Shown here piece by piece: positions 9,116-18,748 of a stretch of 64,000 nucleotides of DNA. Each line of letters opens with the position of its first letter. The stretch's first letter is position 1. The stretch comes from an uncultured virus (IMG/VR IMGVR_UViG_3300044693_000183). Lineage: Duplodnaviria; Heunggongvirae; Uroviricota; Caudoviricetes. A program made the position numbers and the translations under genes. Under the pieces are notes generated by a model, which was not told the DNA's origin, did no database searches, and saw only the letters and a program-made list of their open reading frames with translations. The DNA lies in the IMG/VR virus record IMGVR_UViG_3300044693_000183; one strand, 5' to 3'.

Positions 9116-9819
9116 CGGATGTGATTGACCGCTTGGGGTGTCCTGCGACGAAGCATGGCACGAGGCACTACCGGTGGGCTCACGGCTGTGTGTGCGAGGA
9201 CGCCAAGCGAGACGCGAACCGGTACTACAAGATGCGCCGGGCAGGGAAGACAAAGCCGGGCGTTGTGGATTCTCTGCCGACACGGCGCAGGATCCAAGCG
9301 TGGATGGCGGTCGAGTGGACTACGGCGGACATCGCCAGATGGCTTGGGTACCAGTCGCCCCAGGCGGTCACGTATCTCCTGTCGACGCCACGCGTCCTCG
9401 CGTCTACGGCGGAGAAAGTGACGAGGGAGTTTTCGGCGCGTTCGCTGCAGGTACCGCCAGACACGCCTAGGTCCCGTCGGTGCCGGTTGCTGGCACAGCG
9501 TAAAGGGTTCGCTCCCGAGCTCGCGTGGGACAACATCGATGACTTGAGTGAGCGGCCCTCGCTGGGCACGAGGTATGCGAAGCGTGGCGATGAGGTGGAT
9601 CAGGCGTGCGTATCAGAAGCTATGGCTGGTCGGCGCCCGTTCAAGGATCTGACGAGGGCTGAGGCCCGCTTGGTGGTGCGGCGGCTTGTGGAGCAGCGGT
9701 TTTGGTCGGATGCGCGGATCGCCGAGTGGCTGCGCACGACGGACCGCACGGTCCTTCGGACCAGGAAGGCGGCTGGTATCGAGGCGGTGCCGGTGACGCG
9801 GCAGCTGGACGCGGCATGA
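9112..9819 (+). CDS. Phage DNA-binding protein, paralog of 8426-9115
   Basis: HGT..GCVC, RRRIQAW..HTH, WSDARIAEWL..RTVLR. Confidence 0.75.
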   Translation: MTDVIDRLGCPATKHGTRHYRWAHGCVCEDAKRDANRYYKMRRAGKTKPGVVDSLPTRRRIQAWMAVEWTTADIARWLGYQSPQAVTYLLSTPRVLASTAEKVTREFSARSLQVPPDTPRSRRCRLLAQRKGFAPELAWDNIDDLSERPSLGTRYAKRGDEVDQACVSEAMAGRRPFKDLTRAEARLVVRRLVEQRFWSDARIAEWLRTTDRTVLRTRKAAGIEAVPVTRQLDAA

Positions 9820-10313
9820 AGCGGCGGAGTTTGTACCCGTCGTGGGATTCCTATCTGGATCGTCTGGTGCCGAGGCTGCTGGAGATCGCAGTGGCGGTGC
9901 ATGACGAGGGACCGGACGAGGTACGGCGGCTGGTGATGCAGGCCCGCCGGATGGCGGCGCCGCGCGGGGTGGACCCGGTGGAGGGCCTGGTCGTCGGGCT
10001 GGCCGCGCTGATCGACGTGACCAAGTCACCGGCGGAGTTGTTCGCGGAGGTTGACAAGTTGGTGCCAGTGGCGGGCGTGTGGAAGGGGCTGCGGCGGCCG
10101 CACAGGGCGGTGCCGGTCCGGTCGGAGGTAGTCCGGGCTGTTCTTGCGGGGGAGCAGCCGTATGAGGTGCTGCGGGGGCGAGAACGGGGCGTGGTGGTGC
10201 TGGCGTGGCAGCGTGCCCAGGTGCCGATGGAGGAGATCATGCGGCGTACGGGGCAGACGCGGCGGCAGAATCTGGAGCGGATGGTGGCGCGGGCGGCGGC
10301 GTGGGCGGCGTGA
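9816..10313 (+). CDS. Hypothetical protein
   Basis: ATGA overlap with upstream gene. Confidence 0.7.
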   Translation: MKRRSLYPSWDSYLDRLVPRLLEIAVAVHDEGPDEVRRLVMQARRMAAPRGVDPVEGLVVGLAALIDVTKSPAELFAEVDKLVPVAGVWKGLRRPHRAVPVRSEVVRAVLAGEQPYEVLRGRERGVVVLAWQRAQVPMEEIMRRTGQTRRQNLERMVARAAAWAA

Positions 10314-11500
10314 GACTTTCGGGCAGTGGTTCCCGTTTTTTGCGCATGGTTTTCAATGCCGAGCGGGTTGCCAGGTTCTTGTAAGGAAATTGACAGGATC
10401 CTCTGATGAAAAGCTTTCCCGCATGCGTATGGCACGCCCTCGTGCTCAAAAGCGACCATCACCAAGAAGCCCAAACGGGTGATGCTCGTTGCTATAGGTT
10501 GAATGGTTATGTAACGCTCGGTGGCGAGGTCGCGATACCTCAACTAGCCAGGAAGACCGGTGGACCACCGGCTCTACCAGGCGAAACCCACACCGCGGTA
10601 TTGAACACAGGGCAGGGAGGGAGCGCATGTTGACCACCGACGCTTCCCCCGACCCGACCCAGACGATGACATACTGTGACCGCGCAGATACTTCCTGCGG
10701 TACACACTCAGAATCGGGTCGGCGCTCGGCGTTAGCCGGACGAAACTGCGCGCAGCGTTTCTGACCAAAACACTGCGACCCTCCCCGCCCTGTGCCAGCA
10801 TCTACAGATGCGGACACGCCGATGACTGGTTTGCTTAACACATGGCAACTAGTTAGTGTGCCGTGTAGCAGAAGCGCCCCGGAGGCGGGCAGAGGCGAGG
10901 CAGGGGACCAACCCGTACTCGCGCCAGCGAGGAGTGACCCCCAACCTATCGTGGGGAGGCGGCGACCAAACCGCCGACCCCGGTTGGGGCACTTCCCGCT
11001 AGCCCCGCCGTCCGGAGCTAACCCTCTCCTGTGGCGCCGGGGGGTTGGACGCTTCCCACACCGCGGCCGGGCAGTCAGAAGCCCGGCACTTGATGAACGT
11101 CCATCCTCCCGAGTCGGCGGCAGTAGTCACGTCGACGACTGCGCCACGATCGAGGGCTGGGTACATCCTATGCGCTGGAGTCTCGGTCCTGTCACCAGCC
11201 TAGGTCTTTGCCCCAGTTGCGACACTTCTTAACCCCATCGCACCTGCGTGGTGTTTGCCGCGCAGGCGTTACAACGGTAACAGGCTGCTTGTCTTGGACG
11301 CTAGACGGCGGCGCGCGGTGGGGTGGGTGCTTGGTTTAGGACAGATGGGCCACAGTGACTGCTCCAGCGCGCCCGCCATGCCGTTGACCTGCGGAAACAT
11401 GGTTCTCTACAACGCTTGTAGAGATGCGGTAGACACGCCAAAGACATGTTATGGCCATGTCTCGGAAATCTTACGGAGAGAGCATCCCGGAAACGGAGAT
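10314..11500. ncRNA. Candidate large structured non-coding RNA or origin region
   Basis: No convincing long ORF; dense nested stems; class not recognised. Confidence 0.4.
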
Positions 11501-11796
11501 GACGTGACACGCCCGGTGTGGGCGACACGCCTGCACGAATGGCTCATCGATGGCCAATACACCCGCCTGGAACCGCCAGAGTGTGCTAGGCGGCGGGTGG
11601 GGGAACGGCCAGGGTGCCTGTCTGCGTTCTGGGTCCGCCGGGGTTAAGGCCCCGTGTTTTTCGGGCACGCCCTGCGCGGCGCGTGCTGCGCCGTCGACTG
11701 CCTGCCGGGGCCTGGGGTGGCGGCCCGCTTGGGCGGCCCGCTACAGCCGTATGGGCCCGGCTGGCGCCTGTCCGGGGCCGGCATGACACATCATGG

Positions 11797-11825
11797 TTGA
11801 CTCAAGCAACGCGCTGGCGTAAAGT
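11797..11825 (+). promoter_or_regulatory. Housekeeping-sigma-type promoter
   Basis: TTGACT-17-TAAAGT; shares GGCGTAAAGTAACT with the promoter at 21511. Confidence 0.75.
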
Positions 11826-11843
11826 AACTACCGACCGAAAGAC

Positions 11844-11875
11844 CCGGGCCTGACCAGCCCAGACCACCCACACCG
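11844..11875 (+). promoter_or_regulatory. CUGACCA-loop hairpin plus CCCACACCG leader element
   Basis: Near-identical to 3486-3519. Confidence 0.75.
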
Positions 11876-11897
11876 AACACCAAAGGACGTCGCCGCC

Positions 11898-12092
11898 ATG
11901 GCAGACAACCTCCGCGCACGCGGACTCAAACTCACGCGCCAGGTCGAGGACATCATCCTGCCCGTGCTCAACGAGCACCCTGAGGAAATCACCGGCACCG
12001 ACCTCCTCGCCCTCGCCGTCGCAGCGCAGACCTACGTGCTCGCCAGCGGTCTCAGCGGATCCGGCACCACGCCGCCCACCATCACCGACTGA
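11898..12092 (+). CDS. Hypothetical protein
   Basis: AAGGA RBS downstream of promoter. Confidence 0.7.
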   Translation: MADNLRARGLKLTRQVEDIILPVLNEHPEEITGTDLLALAVAAQTYVLASGLSGSGTTPPTITD

Positions 12093-12286
12093 CCTCCCGG
12101 GAGCACACAGTGAGCAAGCGCAAGAGCGACGACGAGGACTGGGCCACCCGCGAAGACGTGTTCGCCGACTGGATCACCAACGGGAACGACATTCAGCCGG
12201 ACCGGTGAACAGCCTGGCCACCTCGCGGGAAGCACGGCATCCCGCTGTTCTCCACGTTCCCCGCCACGCCCCGAGGAGATGACCCG

Positions 12287-12535
12287 ATGAGCGTTGAACT
12301 GGCCCGCATCGTCGGCCTGCACGGTGCCGATCCCGTCCCGACGGCGACCGTTGAGCAGATCCGGGACCGCTTCGCCAAGCTCGGCAAGGCCGATCCGGAG
12401 CGTGCGCATGGCGTCGAGGACAACATGCTCCGCGCCGCGTTGGAAGCGATCCGCAATGGACATCCGGATCCGGTCGGGTTGGCGCGGGATGTGCTGATCG
12501 TGGCGGATGCCGAGTTTCCGAGGTGGTACGCGTGA
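12287..12535 (+). CDS. Hypothetical protein
   Basis: GAGGAG RBS; ends FPRWYA. Confidence 0.75.
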   Translation: MSVELARIVGLHGADPVPTATVEQIRDRFAKLGKADPERAHGVEDNMLRAALEAIRNGHPDPVGLARDVLIVADAEFPRWYA

Positions 12536-13110
12536 CCGCCTCGGCGAGGAAACCTCTCCACCCCGAGTGGGCCTGGCAGCAGAGTGGTGTCTCGCCGGCT
12601 GCGGCCGGCGGGGCACCCGCCCCCACCATCGCCCCGGCCCAGATGCGCGCCACCATCGAGTACCTGGCCCACCTGCTCGGCTGCACCCTGGTTGAGATGC
12701 GTAGCCCCGGCGAGCCGGACCCGCGCGAGGAGCTGATCGGCCGCGTCGCCGAGGACCTGGAGCGCATCGCGGCGGCTGGGGACACGCCCTACCGGCAGCG
12801 CATCGCGGACGCGGTTGATGCGCTGCGTGGCGTCCAGGGCGATCCGGGCTCACCGTACGACACCCCGGACCCGCAGGACGTCACGTTTGACCGGCTCATG
12901 GCCCAGCGCGACGAGGCCCGCGTGTCCAGCGCCCAAGCCGCCAACGACCGACTCCGCGACCAGATCCAGAACCTGAACGCCGCCCACGACAGCACGATTC
13001 GGTTTATCGCTAACCGGCTCGCCGACATGCTCGACGCCGACCAGACCGACATCCACACACTGCTCGCCCTGACGGAGCAGCGCCTGGACCGGACCGAGGG
13101 CGGTGCGTGA
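12532..13110 (+). CDS. Hypothetical coiled-coil protein
   Basis: GTGA overlap with upstream gene. Confidence 0.7.
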   Translation: MTASARKPLHPEWAWQQSGVSPAAAGGAPAPTIAPAQMRATIEYLAHLLGCTLVEMRSPGEPDPREELIGRVAEDLERIAAAGDTPYRQRIADAVDALRGVQGDPGSPYDTPDPQDVTFDRLMAQRDEARVSSAQAANDRLRDQIQNLNAAHDSTIRFIANRLADMLDADQTDIHTLLALTEQRLDRTEGGA

Positions 13111-13265
13111 TGCCGGCCCTGGAGTCTCCGCGGGACGGCGAGCTCGGCGTCCGCCCGGACTGCCCCGAGTACGACCTGCCGGCCGGCCACGATCCTCCTG
13201 CCGCTGGCCCTGACCGGCCAGATCCAGCTCCCGCACCACTGAACAACAGCCAGAAAGGACACCTG

Positions 13266-13529
13266 ATGGATCTCACGACCGTGGGCGAGCTGATCGACTA
13301 CCTCGCCACCCAGCCCCGTGACCAGCTCATCGTCATGGCCTCAGACGCCGAGGGCAACGACTACTCGCCGCTCGCTGCCGCCGACGAGGCCATGTACGCC
13401 GCGGACGGCACCTGGTCTGGTGACGTCTACCTCACGCCCGAGCAGCGCGCCGCCAAGGCGGACCCGGACGACTGGACCGAGGCGCCTGACGACGCTGTGC
13501 GCGTGGTTCTCCTGGAACCGACCAACTGA
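13266..13529 (+). CDS. Hypothetical phage protein
   Basis: GAAAGGA RBS; TVGELI..DAEGNDYSPL motif. Confidence 0.8.
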   Translation: MDLTTVGELIDYLATQPRDQLIVMASDAEGNDYSPLAAADEAMYAADGTWSGDVYLTPEQRAAKADPDDWTEAPDDAVRVVLLEPTN

Positions 13530-13714
13530 CCCGCCGTAGCCGCTAACCCCCAGCTGTGCCGCCGGCCACGTGACCACGCAGACCGTGACCGGCGGCACCC
13601 ACCAACCGTCCAAGGAGGACACCATGTTCGCACCCGGAAAAGCATTGACGACCGTCACGATCGAAACGCCGGACGGCCCGATCGCGATGATTGCCGAGAC
13701 GGTGGTGGCGTGAC

Positions 13715-14818
13715 ATGACGCGCATCGAAAAGCTCACCGCCGAGCAGGAACACCAGCTCGCCACCGTCCGCGACGAATGGATCGCCCATGGCCTGTCCAC
13801 AGTGCCCGCGCACCGCGCACTGGCTGTCGCCGGCGTCAATGAGGCCTACCAAGCCGCCGGCCTTGAACCACCCCGCATCGTGATCTGGCTCGACTCGCCG
13901 ATGGCCGGTGCGATCGGCGCTGCCTACCTCAAGCACATCCTCACCGATCCGGCTCAGGTCGGGGATCAGGTCCGGGCTCAGGTCTGGGATCAGGTCTGGG
14001 ATCAGGTCCGGGCTCAGGTCGGAGCTCAGGTCGGGGATCAGGTCCGGGCTCAGGTCTGGGATCAGGTCCGGGCTCAGGTCCGGGCTCAGGTCGGAGCTCA
14101 GGTCGGGGATCAGGTCCGGGCTCAGGTCTGGGATCAGGTCCGGGATCAGGTCCGGGCTCAGGTCCACCGCGCCTGCTGGGGCCAGCACGACTACTGGCTG
14201 TGCTTCTACGACACGTTCAGGCGCTTCGGGTTGCCTGGCACCGACCGCGTCAACGGCCTCGTCCAGACCGCCCAGAACGCCGGCTGGTGGTGGCCCCACC
14301 GCGGTGCCGTTATCCTCACCGAACGCCCCGTGGAGATCCACCGCGACAACCAAGGCCGGCTACACTGCGAGACCGGGCCTGCGATGCGCTACCCCGACGG
14401 TTTCGCCATCTACGCCTGGCATGGCACCCGCGTGCCCGCAGACCTTGTCTCGCCTGGCTGGGACGCGAAGCGCGTGTTCGCTGAGGAGAACACGGAAATC
14501 CGCCGGTGTGCCGTGGAAAAGATCGCCGCCACTGACGGGTGGGATCGCATCGTCGCCGAGCTGGGCTGCCCCCAGGTCGGGTCCACCGTGGACGACCCCG
14601 GCAATCCGGGTCAGACGCTGCGCCTGTACCGGCTGGAAAATGTCTACGACGAGCCAGTCGGGCTGCTGCTGATGACGAACGGCACCGTCGAGCGTGATGG
14701 CACCCGTCGCGAGTTCGGCGAGACCGTGCCCGCTTCCATTTCTGATCCCGTGGCCGCCGCGGCGTGGCAGATCGGGATCTCCCCCGCCAACTACCGCCTC
14801 ACTGCACGACGCACGTGA
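13715..14818 (+). CDS. DUF6745-like protein with internal 4-aa repeats
   Basis: [40 protein letters not shown] motifs. Confidence 0.85.
   Translation: MTRIEKLTAEQEHQLATVRDEWIAHGLSTVPAHRALAVAGVNEAYQAAGLEPPRIVIWLDSPMAGAIGAAYLKHILTDPAQVGDQVRAQVWDQVWDQVRAQVGAQVGDQVRAQVWDQVRAQVRAQVGAQVGDQVRAQVWDQVRDQVRAQVHRACWGQHDYWLCFYDTFRRFGLPGTDRVNGLVQTAQNAGWWWPHRGAVILTERPVEIHRDNQGRLHCETGPAMRYPDGFAIYAWHGTRVPADLVSPGWDAKRVFAEENTEIRRCAVEKIAATDGWDRIVAELGCPQVGSTVDDPGNPGQTLRLYRLENVYDEPVGLLLMTNGTVERDGTRREFGETVPASISDPVAAAAWQIGISPANYRLTARRT
13952..14164 (+). repeat. In-frame 12-bp tandem repeat, about 18 units
   Basis: Unit G(C/A)TCAGGTC(C/G/T)G(G/A) encoding (A/D)QV(R/G/W). Confidence 0.95.
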
Positions 14819-14841
14819 TCAACCACGAGAAGGAGAACATC

Positions 14842-15261
14842 ATGCAGCACCAGATCCTGTCCGAGCTGAACACCACCGGCGCTGATCTCGCGGCGCTGGC
14901 CGCGCAGCTTGATGTGCCCACCATCGCTGGCCTCCAGCACCAGGGCGATGTGTCGGTTGTGCCGGCCGGCATGGTCGACGACTACCGCACGCCGAAGCGC
15001 CTCGTGCCGTCGGCCGGTGTGCCAGTGGTGCGCGGTGAGTCCGGCGGCAACACGCACTTGCTGCTCGCCTCTGGCGATGTCCGCTTCGACCAGCGCGCCG
15101 CCACCGCCGAGGATTTGACGCTGGGCAGCCTGATTGTCGGCGACGGCGCGACGGCGTGGCTGGACCACCCAGAGCACGGCAATACGGGTATTGCCCCGGG
15201 CGAGTATGTGTTGCGCCGCAAGCGGGAACAGGCCGACGAGCTCCGCATGGTTGCCGACTGA
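14842..15261 (+). CDS. Conserved partner of the DUF6745-like protein
   Basis: HQGDV, GESGGNTH, HPEH, PGEY..RKRE motifs. Confidence 0.8.
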   Translation: MQHQILSELNTTGADLAALAAQLDVPTIAGLQHQGDVSVVPAGMVDDYRTPKRLVPSAGVPVVRGESGGNTHLLLASGDVRFDQRAATAEDLTLGSLIVGDGATAWLDHPEHGNTGIAPGEYVLRRKREQADELRMVAD

Positions 15262-15707
15262 TGACCGCCGTGGCGATACCGTGTTGGCCCCAGGATGGCC
15301 GCCCGATCCTGGTGGTGAATTTGCTGGTCGATGACGTGGCCGAGGTTCCCTCCCCGCGCCGAATCCAGCGCAAGCGCACAGCCGGCTGGCGTCTCCCGGA
15401 GAACACGGTGGTCGTGGACCGCACCTCACGGTTCGGGAACCCGTTCACCGTCGCCGACGCCATCGAGGCCGGGCACACCAACCCGGAGCGCGCCGTGGTT
15501 TCCCACTACACGGCGTGGCTCGACGACACCGGCACCCACTACCCGGACGTCATCCACACGGGAAAGCGGTCGTTCGACCGCAGGTGGGTGCTGGCGAACC
15601 TGCACCTGCTGCGCGGCAAAGACCTGTGCTGCCCATGCAAGGTGGGCCAGCCGTGCCACGCCGACGACTTGCGGATCCGAGCCAACTCCCCGGAGGTGTC
15701 CCGATGA
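15261..15707 (+). CDS. DUF4326-family protein
   Basis: RIQRKRTAGWR, SRFGNPF, LRGKDLCCPC..PCHAD. Confidence 0.9.
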   Translation: MTAVAIPCWPQDGRPILVVNLLVDDVAEVPSPRRIQRKRTAGWRLPENTVVVDRTSRFGNPFTVADAIEAGHTNPERAVVSHYTAWLDDTGTHYPDVIHTGKRSFDRRWVLANLHLLRGKDLCCPCKVGQPCHADDLRIRANSPEVSR

Positions 15708-16210
15708 CCGAGAACACGAACCCCGCCGCCACGGATGCTGGTTTGCGGGAGCGCATCCGCGATGCGCTAGTCAGCGTCGCGCGCCGACACGGGGACTGGC
15801 GTTTGCGGGATGCCCGGTCCGCGATGGCAGACGCCGTGATGCGCGTGCTCAACCTAGAGTGGCAGGGCCTGCGGATAGACAACGACAGGCTCCAGGCCGA
15901 GTTGGCCACCTACAAGGAGGCGCTGCGCGACACGCTGGTGGTGGACAGCGAGATCCGTTGCGTGGTCTACAAGACGCTCGGGCTGTCGCCGTCGTTCAGC
16001 GTTGCGGATCTGGGGCGAGCGCTGGAGCGGCTGGCGTCTCGCCCGGCCATCCCCGCCGACGCTGAGGACCTGGCGTGGTCCGCGTGCATGGATGACGACA
16101 AGTTCTTCAGTCTGAACAGCGGCGAGATCCTGGAAGTGATCCGGCGCACCTTGAAGGCGATTGCCTCAGCGGCTCCGGTCTCCGGCTCGGACTGCGAGGC
16201 AACACGATGA
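15704..16210 (+). CDS. Hypothetical protein
   Basis: ATGA overlap, GGAGG RBS. Confidence 0.7.
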   Translation: MTENTNPAATDAGLRERIRDALVSVARRHGDWRLRDARSAMADAVMRVLNLEWQGLRIDNDRLQAELATYKEALRDTLVVDSEIRCVVYKTLGLSPSFSVADLGRALERLASRPAIPADAEDLAWSACMDDDKFFSLNSGEILEVIRRTLKAIASAAPVSGSDCEATR

Positions 16211-16578
16211 ACACCCACCAGCCACTGCTCGACATGCTCCGCGTTGCTGTCCCACTGGAAATGGCCTCGGTGACCGAGGCCAGCATGTGCCTGTTCCTCG
16301 CGGACCGGGACCGCTATCTGCGGAGCCTGGATCGGGTCGACGCATTGCGGAAACAGGTCCGAGAGATCCACGCCGAGGCAAACAAGTCCAAGCGCGAGTT
16401 GACCCCAGCGGAACGGTCCGAGGTGGACCGGCTCAACGCGACGATCGGGCAGCTGTACGACCAGGTCGATACCCAGACGATGGTCACGGCCGAAGCGTTC
16501 CAAGAGGACCCGCGCAGCCGCTACTCGCATTACCGCTACCCCTGGATCACGACAACCACACAGGATGGAGAGGACTGA
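16207..16578 (+). CDS. Hypothetical protein
   Basis: Coupled ORF. Confidence 0.7.
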   Translation: MNTHQPLLDMLRVAVPLEMASVTEASMCLFLADRDRYLRSLDRVDALRKQVREIHAEANKSKRELTPAERSEVDRLNATIGQLYDQVDTQTMVTAEAFQEDPRSRYSHYRYPWITTTTQDGED

Positions 16579-17150
16579 TGGACTGGAGAGAACACGCGAT
16601 CTGCCGCGATGCCCCCGACCCGGACTTGTGGTTCCCCGTTGGTGATTCCGGCCCGGCCCTGCTTCAGGTCGCCGAAGCGAAAGAGATCTGCCGGCACTGC
16701 CCGGCAGCTGCGGCCTGTCTCGCGTACGCGCTGGAGACCAATCAGAGCGACGGTGTGTGGGGCGGAATGACCGTCGGCGAGCGGCACGCCCAGCAGCGCC
16801 GTAACGCCGGGACCCGCCAGCGTGCCCAGCAGCAACCCGGCCCCAAGCAGGACCCGCGGCGCCCGCTGGTTCAGGACGGCCGAGTGATGGCCGCCCCGCA
16901 CACGCACCTGGGCCGCTCCCACTGGGGCAACCGGCCCAAGGTGCACGTGGCTGGTGTGGACGGCCGATCGATGTGCGGCACCACGGCAGAGCTGAACCTG
17001 GGGCACGCACGCCCAGCCACAGAGGTCGGGGTGGGAGAGCAGTGCAGGAACGGTGGCTGCCGGAAGACGTTTGTGCGGGAGGTGCTTCGGGAGGCGCTTG
17101 TGGCTGCTGGTATCCGTGCCGCGCTGCCTGGCGAGATCAGCGGTGCGTGA
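16578..17150 (+). CDS. whiB: Second WhiB-family regulator with C-terminal Cys/His domain
   Basis: MDWREHAIC..PDLWFP..AKEICRHCP..C..GVWGGMT. Confidence 0.92.
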   Translation: MDWREHAICRDAPDPDLWFPVGDSGPALLQVAEAKEICRHCPAAAACLAYALETNQSDGVWGGMTVGERHAQQRRNAGTRQRAQQQPGPKQDPRRPLVQDGRVMAAPHTHLGRSHWGNRPKVHVAGVDGRSMCGTTAELNLGHARPATEVGVGEQCRNGGCRKTFVREVLREALVAAGIRAALPGEISGA

Positions 17151-17358
17151 GCCAAAGCGGATGCGCCGGTTCGCCGCCGCCGACGGTACCCAGTTCGACG
17201 AGCTTCCCTGCGGCCACCTACGCCGGCGTCTCCGCCGCGGCGACCCGCGCCCGATCCCCACACCCCAAACCCTCGCCGAGATCAAGGCCGTGTTCGGGGA
17301 GCTGCGGGAAATGACCCAGAACGAACTGACCATCGAGAGAGGATTCGCACGCCGATGA
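17143..17358 (+). CDS. Hypothetical protein
   Basis: ORF overlapping the WhiB end. Confidence 0.5.
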   Translation: MREPKRMRRFAAADGTQFDELPCGHLRRRLRRGDPRPIPTPQTLAEIKAVFGELREMTQNELTIERGFARR

Positions 17359-17434
17359 GCAAGACGATGCGCTACTGCCTATGCGGCGACATGACCAGCG
17401 CCCCGGCTTCTGCGCGGGAGAAGGGGTTGGGCCG

Positions 17435-17938
17435 ATGACCGCCATCGTCGACCGGTCCCGGATCGGCCGCTCCAACCGCAACCGCGGCGCCAAAGCCGAA
17501 CGCGACGTCGCCCGCTGGTTCCGCGACAACGGATGGACCAACGCCGAGCGGAAGTCCGACAACGGCTGGAAGACCGCCGACCGCGAGTCCGCCGACCGCG
17601 GCGACATCCGCGGCCTAGACCGGCTTGTCATCCAGGTCAAGTATCTCGCGGACATGACCGACCTCGCCGTGGCCAACGCCATGGCCGCCGCGGTCGAGCA
17701 GGCTGTTGCTGCGGGTGCCGACTACGGGATCCTCGTGCAGCGTCGCGTCGGCAAGGCCAGCCCCGGCCAGTGGTGGGCATGGATGTCCGCGTGGGACCTG
17801 CACACCCTCGTCGCTGGCCGGCACTGGCCGGTCCCGCCGAGCGTCGAGGCGCGGGTGCCGGTTCGGATGCAGTTGCAGCACCTGGTGCCGCTGCTGCACG
17901 CCGCCGGGTACGGCACGTCGACGGCGGTGGCGTCGTGA
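17435..17938 (+). CDS. PD-(D/E)XK Holliday junction resolvase-like nuclease
   Basis: NRGAKAERDVA, DRGDI, VIQVK motifs. Confidence 0.8.
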   Translation: MTAIVDRSRIGRSNRNRGAKAERDVARWFRDNGWTNAERKSDNGWKTADRESADRGDIRGLDRLVIQVKYLADMTDLAVANAMAAAVEQAVAAGADYGILVQRRVGKASPGQWWAWMSAWDLHTLVAGRHWPVPPSVEARVPVRMQLQHLVPLLHAAGYGTSTAVAS

Positions 17939-18120
17939 GCCTGTTGCGTGCGCTCGCCGCGATCCTCGCCGCCCACATCGCCCACGCCGACGACACCCCA
18001 CCGCCGGCCGACGAGCACGGCCCGCGCCAGCCACTGTGGACGTGCCCGCTGGACCCGTGCGTCCAATGCGGCATCGCACCTTGCCGCGCTGGTGCTGACT
18101 TCTGTGGCGACACCTGCTAG
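17935..18120 (+). CDS. Small Cys-rich protein
   Basis: GTGA overlap; CxxC..FCGDTC. Confidence 0.55.
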   Translation: MSLLRALAAILAAHIAHADDTPPPADEHGPRQPLWTCPLDPCVQCGIAPCRAGADFCGDTC

Positions 18121-18248
18121 GCCAGGTGGCTCGCGGCACACAACCACGTCATTCCTCTCGAAACCGCCCCGCCCACACTGCCCGACGGCAGCACCTTTTG
18201 GAGGACACTGTGACCGCCTAGTCTGTCTTGGACCAACGAGCTTCACCA

Positions 18249-18283
18249 CCGGGCCTGACCAGCCCACGACCGATCCCACACCG
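18249..18283 (+). promoter_or_regulatory. CUGACCA-loop hairpin plus CCCACACCG leader element
   Basis: Exact 17-mer CCGGGCCTGACCAGCCC, CCCACACCG, then AGGAG RBS. Confidence 0.75.
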
Positions 18284-18304
18284 CTACCGCATAGGAGACC
18301 TCCC

Positions 18305-18511
18305 GTGACACCGGAGGAAGACAGAGCCGCGTTCGCGTCGCTCATCGAGCGCAACGACTTCGATCCCGAAACGCACCGCCTCAACAGCTATTTCGACGAT
18401 CCCAACACCCCCGCCTACAAGCTCACCGAGCACGCTGCTTCGTGGCGGCTCCTGCTGGTCGTCGCCAGCGCGCTCGTGCTGTTCCTGCTCCTGCTCCAGT
18501 GGGGTGCGTAA
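18305..18511 (+). CDS. Small membrane protein
   Basis: RBS; C-terminal TM helix. Confidence 0.65.
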   Translation: MTPEEDRAAFASLIERNDFDPETHRLNSYFDDPNTPAYKLTEHAASWRLLLVVASALVLFLLLLQWGA

Positions 18512-18514
18512 CCC

Positions 18515-18748
18515 ATGGGCGCTGACTCTGAAACCCGGTACCCGAGACACGCTACGTCGCGGGTGACACAGCACGTGGTGGACCGGGCACGCGCCACGAT
18601 CCTCCGCAACGCAGCAGGCGACACCCACGCGGACAAAATTCGTGACGCCCGAGAACTGATGGACATGCTCGGGCTCACCAACCCCAAAAACCTGCTCAAG
18701 CCTGTCGTCGTGGGCGACTCGTCACGGATGGGGGACAACCACTCGTGA
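18515..18748 (+). CDS. Hypothetical protein
   Basis: Stop overlaps the thymidine kinase start. Confidence 0.65.
   Translation: MGADSETRYPRHATSRVTQHVVDRARATILRNAAGDTHADKIRDARELMDMLGLTNPKNLLKPVVVGDSSRMGDNHS

Noticed and set aside
10403..10460. CTGATGA as a hammerhead ribozyme core
   Set aside because: No correctly placed GAAA or three-stem junction found
10850..11215. tmRNA or RNase P on the minus strand
   Set aside because: Only a vague GGGGC..GAC start; no T-arm/CCA end and no RNase P conserved regions
12110..12290. TGA read-through joining a short ORF to 12287
   Set aside because: The 12287 gene has its own RBS and there is no other sign of recoding
13107..13265. N-terminal extension of the 13266 gene
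   Set aside because: Interval holds a leader hairpin and the RBS for the ATG at 13266
13952..14164. Repeat array as CRISPR
   Set aside because: Contiguous 12-bp in-frame units with no spacers and no cas genes
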